Source: an uncultured Candidatus Saccharibacteria bacterium (GTDB lineage: Bacteria; Patescibacteriota; Minisyncoccia; Phycocordibacterales; UBA9973). From it: a stretch of 64,000 bases of DNA. The stretch spans positions 84,967 to 148,966 of the forward strand of contig CAZSFP010000003.1 in the NCBI GenBank assembly GCA_964606285.1. The letters run 5' to 3'. The position numbers and the translations under genes were made by a program. Shown piece after piece: positions 19,791 through 28,408 of the stretch; position 1 is the stretch's first letter, and each line of letters opens with the position of its first letter. The notes under the pieces were generated by a model that saw only the letters and a program-made list of their open reading frames with translations, ran no database searches and was not told the DNA's origin.

Positions 19791-19859
19791 AAACAAAAGT
19801 CCCTCTCCATTTGTGTGGGAGAGGGAACTGTTTGCAAACGTATGTAATCACTTTAATCT

Positions 19860-20597
19860 TTAGTCAGCGTATTCGCGAACAATAGTAATTGTTTCCTTCT
19901 TCATCTTCTGTACCGGAGGAGGAATCACTACTGAACCAGGTGCTCCTGCCATACAAGTGCTTTGCACCAGTGGTTGGCCAGGTGTTACCGCTACAGGTTG
20001 TTGTTGTGTCCCTGCTGCTCCTGTTTGCTGCGGATGATTGTAATGATGGTGTTGAGTATTGTAATTTACAACCTCTTCTCTTCTTGCTGGTCCTCTGCGT
20101 AAGTAACTTATCAGAGATATAAGAGCCCAAACAAGTAAACAGAAAAGAATGAAAGCAAGTAAGCCAAATAATAACTCCCATACCCATGCAGGTATTTCAA
20201 AATTACTACCTCCATTACCGCCTTCATAATTTCCACCACCACTGTAACTGTTGTTACCATTTGATGGGTTAACCGGAACTACTATAGCTGCATTCTGTGC
20301 GGCAAGAGCTGAATCCATGTTGAATTTTCTCCCCTGGTTTTTGAAACCAAAATCTTTTGTTGTAACGTCTTTTTCAATAGGATATTTAATTACTACTGAA
20401 TCAGAATCACAGCTACTGTTGTAGCGAACAATTTTTTTTGTTTTCCAAACCCAGTTGGCGGTTGAATCAGTGTATACTCCGCTGTCACCTTCCAGGTAAA
20501 GGTCTGGGAAGCTAAGAGATTTCTGCTGATTGTTGTTGCTGCAAGATGAGAAAAATAAAGCGATTATAATTGCAATGAACAGATTGAATATTTTCAT
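19860..20597 (-). CDS. Putative lipoprotein with an internal TM helix and Q/P-rich tail
   Basis: Lipobox-like FFSS-C; TM WVWELLFGLLAFILFCLLVWALISLISYL; own promoter (TTGACA 20709) and terminator near 19799-19826. Confidence 0.75.
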   Translation of the reverse strand: MKIFNLFIAIIIALFFSSCSNNNQQKSLSFPDLYLEGDSGVYTDSTANWVWKTKKIVRYNSSCDSDSVVIKYPIEKDVTTKDFGFKNQGRKFNMDSALAAQNAAIVVPVNPSNGNNSYSGGGNYEGGNGGSNFEIPAWVWELLFGLLAFILFCLLVWALISLISYLRRGPARREEVVNYNTQHHHYNHPQQTGAAGTQQQPVAVTPGQPLVQSTCMAGAPGSVVIPPPVQKMKKETITIVREYAD

Positions 20598-20805
20598 GAC
20601 TGTCTTTTTCCAGTTCGCGTTTGTTTTGGCGCGATATAGTGGCTCCTTAGGGCCTTTATACTGGGAAGTTAATTCTTGTATAGTATAGCATATACACAGG
20701 AATTGTCAAGGATTTTGAACCTTATTTTATAAGGGTATTTTTGCACATAGGCAGGCAAATACAGTGTGCTATACTGGCTCTATTATTATTTAAATTGTTG
20801 TATAT

Positions 20806-21297
20806 ATGGATAAAAAAACAGTAGGGACAATCATTGCATTCGTAATTTTCATCGGCCTCGTCGTCTATGGGCTCGTGTATCAGAAAAAAAGTGATACACA
20901 GATTCCTCCGGCTGATCTTTCATCCGATGTATCACAGCAAACAGAAAAGACACCACCTATGGATTCTCAAAATGAACAACAGTTGGGTATTGAAGTATTG
21001 AAAGCAGGTACAGGCGCAGAAGCAATTGATGGCAAACAAGTGACCGTGAACTACACGGGAACATTTACTGACGGTTCAGTCTTTGATTCATCAATCGGCA
21101 AGGCACCATTTGTCTTTACACTTGGTGCAGGACAAGTTATCAAAGGATGGGACATGGGCGTGAAGGGAATGAAAGTTGGCGAGAAGCGAAAACTTACAAT
21201 TCCATACACACTTGGCTATGGTGAAGGCGGTTACCCAGGTGTTATCCCGCCAAAAGCAACACTTATATTTGAGGTTGAATTGCTTGATGTAAAATAG
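20806..21297 (+). CDS. FKBP-type peptidyl-prolyl isomerase, membrane anchored
   Basis: [40 protein letters not shown]; N-terminal TM. Confidence 0.95.
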   Translation: MDKKTVGTIIAFVIFIGLVVYGLVYQKKSDTQIPPADLSSDVSQQTEKTPPMDSQNEQQLGIEVLKAGTGAEAIDGKQVTVNYTGTFTDGSVFDSSIGKAPFVFTLGAGQVIKGWDMGVKGMKVGEKRKLTIPYTLGYGEGGYPGVIPPKATLIFEVELLDVK

Positions 21298-21303
21298 AAA
21301 ACA

Positions 21304-21356
21304 AATCTTTAGAAATACAAAATCCCGCAAAGCGGGATTTTGTATTTCTAAAGATT
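21304..21356. terminator. Terminator with perfect 25-bp arms
   Basis: AATCTTTAGAAATACAAAATCCCGC-AAA-GCGGGATTTTGTATTTCTAAAGATT. Confidence 0.8.
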
Positions 21357-21441
21357 ATAGACTAGGCACTAACGACTAATCTTCTTGTAATATTTTGTTA
21401 TACTGTACGTCAGGGAGTATATAACAAGTAATATTTTATTT

Positions 21442-22224
21442 ATGGATTATTTCAATCAAAAACCGTATGTTGTGCTCGCGAGTATGGTCGCAGTACCACT
21501 CGCATTGTTCCTCATCGTTTCAACTGTTGTGTCTGGAAGTGAGGCGTCTCGCGCTAGTGCATCTCAGACTATTTCAGTCACGGGTCATGGAGAGGTATTT
21601 GCTGTTCCTGATATTGCACGGATTTCATTTTCAGTAATGAGTGAAAAGAAAACAATTACCGAAGCACAAAAAGATGTGTCAGCAAAAGTAACGAAAGCAA
21701 TTGATGCGCTTAAAGCAAAAGGCATCGCTGAAAAAGATATCAAGACCGAAGGATATAATTCATATCCAAAGTATGAATATCAAAATGTATCCTGTGCAGT
21801 AAATTATTGCCCACCAGGAAAACAGATATTGGTCGGTTATGAAGTAACCCAATCAATTTCAGTCAAAGTTCGTGATGTCGACACCACAGGAGAAATCGTC
21901 GACCTCATCGGTGCGTCAGGTATCACTCAGATTTCTGGCCCAGAATTTGCTATTGATGATGAAGACACATTGATTGCAGAAGCTCGAGAACAAGCAATTG
22001 CTGATGCAAAACAAAAAGCAAGAATTCTTTCACGCCAGCTCCACGTCTCACTTCGCCATATCGTTTCATTTTCTGAAAACGGTGGTGGTATGCCGCCGAT
22101 CATGTATGATCGCGCAGTTATGAACATGAGTGGTGCAGAATCCGCACCAGCTCCAAAGTCTACTCTCCCAACAGGCGAGAACAAGATTACGAGCGATGTG
22201 ACGATTACGTACGAGATTAGATAA
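21442..22224 (+). CDS. SIMPL domain (DUF541/YggE-like) protein
   Basis: ISVTGHGEVFAVPDIA, AREQAIADAKQKA, GENKITSDVTITY. Confidence 0.92.
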   Translation: MDYFNQKPYVVLASMVAVPLALFLIVSTVVSGSEASRASASQTISVTGHGEVFAVPDIARISFSVMSEKKTITEAQKDVSAKVTKAIDALKAKGIAEKDIKTEGYNSYPKYEYQNVSCAVNYCPPGKQILVGYEVTQSISVKVRDVDTTGEIVDLIGASGITQISGPEFAIDDEDTLIAEAREQAIADAKQKARILSRQLHVSLRHIVSFSENGGGMPPIMYDRAVMNMSGAESAPAPKSTLPTGENKITSDVTITYEIR

Positions 22225-22228
22225 TACA

Positions 22229-22324
22229 GTCTTTAGTCTATAGTGCTTAGTCTTTAGTAAAACAACCCACTTCAGCGGGTTGTTTTTGTTTTTCACTAAA
22301 GACTATAGACTAGGCACTAAGCAC
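22229..22324. repeat. Inverted pair of heptamer tandem repeats flanking a terminator
   Basis: GTCTTTA GTCTATA GTGCTTA GTCTTTA (22229-22256), hairpin AACAACCC..GGGTTGTT, then TAAAGAC TATAGAC TAGGCAC TAAGCAC (22297-22324). Confidence 0.8.
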
Positions 22325-22397
22325 TTGCATTTTCGTACTATGTCTTATATAGTGTATCTAAGGCGCCCCGGGAGGGCGTTTTAAACTACCAAATTTT

Positions 22398-22574
22398 ATG
22401 TCTATTATTTCATATCTTAAATCAACTCGTGCAGAACTCGTTCATATCAAATGGCCGAGCCGCAAACAGGTCATCTGGTTCACGATACTCGTTATTATTG
22501 TATCTATCGCGTTCGCATACTTCCTCGGCGGATTTGACGCTATTTTTGCAAAACTTTTACAAGCAGTTATCTAA
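22398..22574 (+). CDS. secE: Preprotein translocase subunit SecE (58 aa, absent from the ORF track)
   Basis: MSIISYLKSTRAELVHIKWPSRKQVIWFTILVIIVSIAFAYFLGGFD...: EL..I.WP motif plus one TM, directly before nusG. Confidence 0.95.
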   Translation: MSIISYLKSTRAELVHIKWPSRKQVIWFTILVIIVSIAFAYFLGGFDAIFAKLLQAVI

Positions 22575-22589
22575 TCAATTCTATTTTTT

Positions 22590-23138
22590 ATGGCAAAACA
22601 AGAAGTCACAGGGGAACGGCACTGGTACGCGATTCACACATATTCAGGATATGAAAATGCAGTGCTTCGCAATCTTCGTCAGCGTATCGACAGTCTCGGT
22701 ATGCAGGACAAGATCTTTAATGTGATCGTGCCTGTTGAAAAGAAAATCAAAATCAAAGGCAGTAAGCGTGTTGAAGTTGAAGAAAAAATCTATCCTGGTT
22801 ATATTCTCGTGGATATGATCGTGACGGATGACTCATGGTATGTCGTTCGAAACACACCACGCGTGACTGGATTCGTTGGTGCGGGTATCAACCCAGTCCC
22901 ACTACTCCAGAGTGAAATCGATTTCCTTTTTTCTCGTATGGATGGCGAGAAAACTGCGAAACATACAATCGATCTCGAAATTGGTGAAACTATCCTCATT
23001 GCTGATGGTCCGTTCAAGGATTCTGAAGGTCGTGTGTCTGAAGTCGATAGTGAACGCGGTAAGGTCAAAGTACTCGTCTCGCTTTTCGGTCGCGAAACAC
23101 CAGTGGAACTCGATTTCTTGCAGGTTAAAAAGATGTAA
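22590..23138 (+). CDS. nusG: Transcription elongation factor NusG
   Basis: WYAIHTYSGYE, YPGYILV, VRNTPRVTGFVG, KOW domain, FGRETPVEL. Confidence 0.98.
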   Translation: MAKQEVTGERHWYAIHTYSGYENAVLRNLRQRIDSLGMQDKIFNVIVPVEKKIKIKGSKRVEVEEKIYPGYILVDMIVTDDSWYVVRNTPRVTGFVGAGINPVPLLQSEIDFLFSRMDGEKTAKHTIDLEIGETILIADGPFKDSEGRVSEVDSERGKVKVLVSLFGRETPVELDFLQVKKM

Positions 23139-23265
23139 GGGACAGGTTAAAGGTGATAGGTACAAGGTTACGGTAAATACAGATACAACTTTACTTCTCT
23201 TATAATTTCTGGTAATCTACGTCCGTTACGCTTTTGCTTCACTAGTTTCTCTATTCACTAAATTT

Positions 23266-23691
23266 ATGGCTAAAAAAATAATCAAAAAAGTAAAGTTTCG
23301 TGCAGCGGCCGGCAAAGCAACGCCTGCGCCACCACTCGGTCCTACGCTCGGTCAGGCCGGTGTGAACATCGCTGATTTCGTTCAGAAATTCAACGCAGCA
23401 ACACAAGGTGCTATCGGAGATATCGTCGGTGTCAAACTCACTGTGTACGAAGATCGTAGTTATGACTTCGTCGTCAGTACACCACCAGTCGCCAACCTTC
23501 TCTTCAAAGCCGCTGGCGTTGAAGGAGGCTCAGGCAAGCCAAATGTTTCAAAAGCAGGAAAAATTACAAAGGCGCAATTGAAAGAGATTGCTGAGAAAAA
23601 AATGCCTGATTTGAATGCAAATGACATCGAAGCTGCTATGAAAATCGTTGCCGGATCAGCTCGCGCTGCAGGTATCGAAATCGTTGGATAA
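23266..23691 (+). CDS. rplK: 50S ribosomal protein L11
   Basis: [35 protein letters not shown]. Confidence 0.98.
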   Translation: MAKKIIKKVKFRAAAGKATPAPPLGPTLGQAGVNIADFVQKFNAATQGAIGDIVGVKLTVYEDRSYDFVVSTPPVANLLFKAAGVEGGSGKPNVSKAGKITKAQLKEIAEKKMPDLNANDIEAAMKIVAGSARAAGIEIVG

Positions 23692-23709
23692 CCTCCAAAA
23701 TAAAGCTCA

Positions 23710-23733
23710 AAATACGCCCTCCGGGGCGTATTT
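23710..23733 (+). terminator. Terminator directly after rplK
   Basis: AAATACGCCC-TCCG-GGGCGTATTT followed by GCTTTTT. Confidence 0.75.
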
Positions 23734-23779
23734 GCTTTTTATGGAGAGAAGAGTATAGTTTGGGAGAAATCTTAAAAAC

Positions 23780-24409
23780 ATGAATATGGAACCAAGAAGA
23801 AATATCAAAACGTTGAATATTATGGACCGTGGTGTTCATGAAGAAGACAGAGTAATTCGTGATCTTGAAGCTCTTTTGTGGGTAGTTGAATACTTCAAAA
23901 GAGAAGGAAAAAGAATTGTGTATACCGGGGGTGTTTATGACCTCTTTCATATTGGACAGGCTCTCTATTTAGAAAAAGCAAAAGAGATGGGAGACATTCT
24001 GATAGTAGGGGTTGATTCAGACGCATTGGCCGGTCAGCGCAAAGATCCAACTCGGCCGATTGTAAAACTAGAAGAGAGAATTCAGATTTTGGTAAGAAAT
24101 CGTTCAGTTGACATTGTTACTGTTCGAAATGAAAAAGATGATCCCTTTATGCTTGTTAAAAAAATAAAACCTCACGTTCTTGTGATGTCAAAAAGCACAA
24201 AGGATATTACCGAAGAAGAGATAAGAGAAGGATACAAGGATGACATAGAAAAACTTGTTGTTCTTGAACCGCAGGCACTAACTTCAACTTCAGCAAGAAT
24301 TGGACAATTGATGCATAGTGGTGCGAGTGAATTAAATGAAAAAATTCAAGCAGTTCTCACTGAACATTTCAAATCAGTTCAAAAAGGAGGTGGTAATGAC
24401 AAAAAATAA
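23780..24409 (+). CDS. Cytidylyltransferase-family nucleotidyltransferase (TagD/RfaE-C-like)
   Basis: RIVYTGGVYDLFHIGQ (HxGH variant), GDILIVGVDSD, KDPTRPI...EER, TSTSARI. Confidence 0.88.
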   Translation: MNMEPRRNIKTLNIMDRGVHEEDRVIRDLEALLWVVEYFKREGKRIVYTGGVYDLFHIGQALYLEKAKEMGDILIVGVDSDALAGQRKDPTRPIVKLEERIQILVRNRSVDIVTVRNEKDDPFMLVKKIKPHVLVMSKSTKDITEEEIREGYKDDIEKLVVLEPQALTSTSARIGQLMHSGASELNEKIQAVLTEHFKSVQKGGGNDKK

Positions 24410-25325
24410 CAGTATCCTCTTTTTTTATGCTTCTGTTCCTCACAATGGCTATCGTAAATTTTTGGAACGTAATGCATCTGCAGAAAAAATCTTTCTTCTT
24501 GATGAAACTGTCATTCGTACTTTGATGTACGGAAAAGAAAGACAGTATTTGGGTCGCAGTTTTGTTCATGCTATTGAACCAAAATTCGTGGCACAATCGC
24601 TTCGTTTTATGGGAGTTGAATCCCAGTCTGCGTATCATTCGAAACTTTGTGTGATATCACATGACACATTGCAGAACCCTGAATTTGTCACAGAGCTCAA
24701 AACCTACGATACGATAATCCTTCCTTATGAAGACATCAGTTTATTCTTCAAAGAAGATTATCTGAAACCACTCGACTTAGAATCAAGGGTTTCTATGACT
24801 GATAATACATTTCTTCGTTGGAATCAACTTATTCCTAAACAAGGAGAAACACAGCCAGATTTTATGCTCCCTGTTGTACCCACTTTTTTGAGGACCGTTG
24901 CGCAGGCTGCGTATACAGAAGCAAAAAAAAGTTCTGATTCGTGGCGGAACGTAGGAGCGATATTGTTCAATTCAGATAATGACGAAATCATTTTTACTGC
25001 ATTCAACAAGCATCTTCCTGAACATGAGCCATACATTCATGGTGATCCTCGTGCATATCTGAATGCTGGTGAAGAACCTGATTGGGTGACAGCTATTCAT
25101 GCTGAACAAAGCATATTTGCCCAAGCACTTAATAAAGGTGTTTCAATGATAGGAAAATCTCTGTACACCACGACATATCCATGTCCGGTGTGTGCGAAAA
25201 TGATTGCACTATCCGGTATCAAACAGGTGTATTACACTGAAGGGTATTCTGTTATGGAGCAAGCAGGTTCTGTCATGAAAGATTATGGTGTTGAAATTAT
25301 TGAAATACCATCTTCTGTTCTTTAA
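24396..25325 (+). CDS. dCMP-deaminase-like zinc deaminase with an extra ~160-aa N-terminal domain
   Basis: RNVGAIL, IHAEQ, LYTTTYPCPVCAKMI, GIKQVYY; ATG 24396 preceded by AAGGAGGT and overlapping the upstream gene. Confidence 0.88.
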   Translation: MTKNNSILFFYASVPHNGYRKFLERNASAEKIFLLDETVIRTLMYGKERQYLGRSFVHAIEPKFVAQSLRFMGVESQSAYHSKLCVISHDTLQNPEFVTELKTYDTIILPYEDISLFFKEDYLKPLDLESRVSMTDNTFLRWNQLIPKQGETQPDFMLPVVPTFLRTVAQAAYTEAKKSSDSWRNVGAILFNSDNDEIIFTAFNKHLPEHEPYIHGDPRAYLNAGEEPDWVTAIHAEQSIFAQALNKGVSMIGKSLYTTTYPCPVCAKMIALSGIKQVYYTEGYSVMEQAGSVMKDYGVEIIEIPSSVL

Positions 25326-25330
25326 ATAAA

Positions 25331-25359
25331 AAAAATCCCGCATATCGTGCGGGATTTTT
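25331..25359. terminator. Bidirectional terminator between the two convergent operons
   Basis: AAAAATCCCGCA-5nt-TGCGGGATTTTT. Confidence 0.8.
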
Positions 25360-25365
25360 GTTTTA

Positions 25366-26346
25366 CTAAAGAACTGTGTCAACTTTCATTTCAGGGTGGG
25401 CATCATAATCACTTAAATGAAAATGTTCGGGTCTGATCGAAAAGAAGTCTTTTACCGGATTTCCTGTTGGTTCGAAATCAAGAGTTACAGTCGGAAGTCT
25501 TTTTGCTTTTCTTCCAATCATGATTCGCACATTTTCTTCTTGGAGATTGTATATGTGCGAATCTACCATCATATGGTGATACGTATCAAATGTGTATCCA
25601 AGTACACACGCAAGCATCATTCCAATCGCTGGATAATGAATCATGTTATACGGAACACCTGTTGGAATATCAGCTGATCGTTGTAAATGCATAAGATAGA
25701 GCAGTTTGTTTTTAACATCAAGCTCAACCTGTACATCTCCGTGACAGGGTGCAACAACGACCTGGCGTTTTCCATCAGGAACAATAATTCCTGGGGGATA
25801 CCAATTTACGACACGATGAGTGAAGGCACTTGGAGATTTGACCATTTGTTTAATGATGTTTTCCCACTGGTTAATTGTTTTACCGTCTTCAGTGGGAAAT
25901 TTGCCCCAGATGCCTCCATACGAGTAACGACCGAGATGTTCACCTTTATTATTTTCAGGAAGATCAAAGTAACAATTACCATTTTTATCATACGTGTGTT
26001 CAACTTTTGTCCAACGTTTCCACCAGTATTTTGGTAATCCAAATGCTTTTAATTCATTGAGTGTAGTTGCTCCATGAATGAAACCAATAATTTCAGCTAT
26101 CGCATATCTCATCATTGTTTCAGCACTGATACCTTTTTCTTCATTTCCAAGTCTTCGTTCTGTTATTACAGGAAAACCATTTTTCATTTTAAATACCATT
26201 CCATTCATGAAAAACTTTCTTACAGTTCCTTCATGAAATTGTGGATCACGTACCATTTTACTGGCCAGTGCTTTGCAGAGAGCAGTTTGATACTGATTGT
26301 TGGTCTCACGTTCTCCATAAGGTACATAGTCGATAATTTTACTCAT
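25366..26346 (-). CDS. thyA: Divergent thymidylate synthase (ThyA family)
   Basis: GFPVITER, AEIIGF, APCH, QRSAD, GVPYN, DSHIY, YDAHP; AGGAGG upstream and overlap with the HIT gene. Confidence 0.9.
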   Translation of the reverse strand: MSKIIDYVPYGERETNNQYQTALCKALASKMVRDPQFHEGTVRKFFMNGMVFKMKNGFPVITERRLGNEEKGISAETMMRYAIAEIIGFIHGATTLNELKAFGLPKYWWKRWTKVEHTYDKNGNCYFDLPENNKGEHLGRYSYGGIWGKFPTEDGKTINQWENIIKQMVKSPSAFTHRVVNWYPPGIIVPDGKRQVVVAPCHGDVQVELDVKNKLLYLMHLQRSADIPTGVPYNMIHYPAIGMMLACVLGYTFDTYHHMMVDSHIYNLQEENVRIMIGRKAKRLPTVTLDFEPTGNPVKDFFSIRPEHFHLSDYDAHPEMKVDTVL

Positions 26347-26833
26347 TGTTTCCTCCTTTTTTGTTTGTTGATTCTACATTGCTTCCGACCCAGAATGGTA
26401 TCGGATTTTTTTCGTGTGGTTCAATCAAATGAAAATGCAATCGTTTGACACTGGCACCTGATAGTCTACTGTCGCCAAAGCGGCATCCGAACATTCCACC
26501 AGTGATGTTATGATCGTGTTTTATTTGTTTTACTGTTCTTCGTACTGCAAGATATACCTCATCGGATAAATCTTCCGGTGATTGTGCAAATTCTTTCATA
26601 ATGAGCACAAAATGATGTTTGCGGTCCGTATAGAATTTATTGCGGATAACCCAGCAATGTTTCAAATCGTAGAGAAGTTCGTTACCTAAAGCTAGAATTT
26701 CTTCGAGAGAACCAAATGGGTCAATGTTACGCTCTAAAATATCAAGATATACTTTCATCTGATCTTGTGAACGAACATTCGCGAGATCGACAAAGTCGTT
26801 CTGTTCTGTGTGTTGTTTTACTTCTTCCAGCAT
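26339..26833 (-). CDS. HIT-superfamily nucleotide hydrolase/transferase
   Basis: SGASVKRLHFHLI (HIT motif with first His replaced by Arg); promoter TTGACA-17-TACTTT upstream. Confidence 0.75.
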   Translation of the reverse strand: MLEEVKQHTEQNDFVDLANVRSQDQMKVYLDILERNIDPFGSLEEILALGNELLYDLKHCWVIRNKFYTDRKHHFVLIMKEFAQSPEDLSDEVYLAVRRTVKQIKHDHNITGGMFGCRFGDSRLSGASVKRLHFHLIEPHEKNPIPFWVGSNVESTNKKGGNNE

Positions 26834-27013
26834 AATTCAGTTGTTAAATGTTTTACCTAAAAGTACAGGAAAAAAGCACTTCTGTCAATGAGACAAGAAA
26901 AATAAAAAATTCCTTAAAATAACGATTTTTAACTATATTTTTTATGATATTTATCGAGTTTGACTAAAGTCACAGAAAGAATATACTGACTCAAAACTAA
27001 AAAATTGGAAATT

Positions 27014-27814
27014 ATGACCCTTAAAAATAAAATATACGCCTTTCTTGTTGCTCATTTTCCGCATCATAATTATGCTGACCATTCTCCTGTTTTTGATCAG
27101 AAAATTCATACACGATTTTTTCCTGTGATTTTTGAACATCCACACGTGCTCCATGATTCTCAGGAAACAATATTGTTTGTATTTGATGTTCAGACAGAAA
27201 AGTTTCTCAAAGTGTATCAATCTACAGGAACTGGCTCCCAAAAATGTTTTATTAACCAGGAACATTCAAAGCTCATTTTTGATACTGGTACCACAGGGTT
27301 ATGTATTATTGATTTCAGTTCTCAAAAAGAAAAAGATATTAAAATCTATTCCCGGCGCACTGCGATGACCGGCAGAATGCAATCAGTCGTATGGTCTGTT
27401 GACGGGAAGTCATGTATTGTTTTGGGAACTGATGAAACGTGTCTTTTTGGAATAGCTGAATTTGAAACAACAGATAACGGATATACTTTTCCAAAACATT
27501 CGCTGCCTTTTAAAATTGACTCTACTTTAAAATTTGTTCTGTATGCAAAACAAAATGACGAACGGACGCAAGGTAAATTTCTTTGTTGTTTACAGGGAGT
27601 TTCTCGTGAAGACGTACAGACAAACGTCTATATGCAGGTTTTTACAACAACCAAAAGAAATGGCGGTATGGAATTTAAAAACTGTTTTTCCAGTCTAAAA
27701 CCGTTTTATATTGATATCCGATCTTTTGAAAAAATAGATATACGTGCTTCTGTGGGAAAGAAAAGATTAGGTACAATAATTCTTGAACCATTTACTATTA
27801 CCGACATGAGTTAA
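27014..27814 (+). CDS. AT-rich orphan, beta-rich (partial propeller-like) protein
   Basis: Own promoter (TTGACT..TATACT) and terminator; VVWSVDGKS resembles a WD/TolB blade. Confidence 0.65.
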   Translation: MTLKNKIYAFLVAHFPHHNYADHSPVFDQKIHTRFFPVIFEHPHVLHDSQETILFVFDVQTEKFLKVYQSTGTGSQKCFINQEHSKLIFDTGTTGLCIIDFSSQKEKDIKIYSRRTAMTGRMQSVVWSVDGKSCIVLGTDETCLFGIAEFETTDNGYTFPKHSLPFKIDSTLKFVLYAKQNDERTQGKFLCCLQGVSREDVQTNVYMQVFTTTKRNGGMEFKNCFSSLKPFYIDIRSFEKIDIRASVGKKRLGTIILEPFTITDMS

Positions 27815-27826
27815 TGGTTAAAAATA

Positions 27827-27853
27827 AAAAATCCCCGTTTTGCGGGGATTTTT
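27827..27853. terminator. Bidirectional terminator (orphan / folA)
   Basis: AAAAATCCCCG-5nt-CGGGGATTTTT. Confidence 0.78.
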
Positions 27854-27869
27854 GTGTGAAAAATTTCAC

Positions 27870-28385
27870 TTAATTTTTTCTTTCGTAAAGTTCAAATGAA
27901 AATGCACACTCATGTTTTTCATCGGGTGGAAAGTTTATCGTTTCAGTTTCTTTTTTAGTGAATTGTCGCCATTCAATATCTGGAAAGAGGATATTGCCAT
28001 TCGCAACCTTGTGTACTCGGGTCACGTATATTGTATCGGCTATTTTTGCACCTTCTTCGTACAGACGGGTGCCACCACTAATGCAGATATTCTTTGTGGG
28101 ATCAGCAATTTTAATTGCTTCTTTCAGTGACGAAACAACGATTACATCATATTTTTCTGCCAAGCTTGTGTCGCTTGAAACCACGATGGTATCTCTGTTG
28201 GGAAGTTTTTTCTTTATCTTTTTTATTATTGATAAGAAAGTGATTTTCCCCATAATCACGGTATTTCCTGTGGTTTTTTCTTTATAAAACATAAAGTCTT
28301 TTGGTAAATACCAAGGGATTTCATCTTCATTGCCGATAACATTGTTGGCTGCTATTGCAACGAGCATGCATATATTGTTTTTCAT
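27870..28385 (-). CDS. folA: Dihydrofolate reductase
   Basis: VAIAANNVIG, IPWYLPKD, VIMGKITF, LPNR, ISGG..LY, IYVTRV. Confidence 0.95.
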   Translation of the reverse strand: MKNNICMLVAIAANNVIGNEDEIPWYLPKDFMFYKEKTTGNTVIMGKITFLSIIKKIKKKLPNRDTIVVSSDTSLAEKYDVIVVSSLKEAIKIADPTKNICISGGTRLYEEGAKIADTIYVTRVHKVANGNILFPDIEWRQFTKKETETINFPPDEKHECAFSFELYERKN

Positions 28386-28408
28386 GTTCAGTTTTTTAAG
28401 TTTTCTGC

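Noticed and set aside
25366-26346. Phage-type dCMP hydroxymethylase or prophage DNA-modification locus
   Set aside because: The specificity residue is Asn (GVPYN), not Asp, and there are no phage structural, integrase or polymerase genes nearby.
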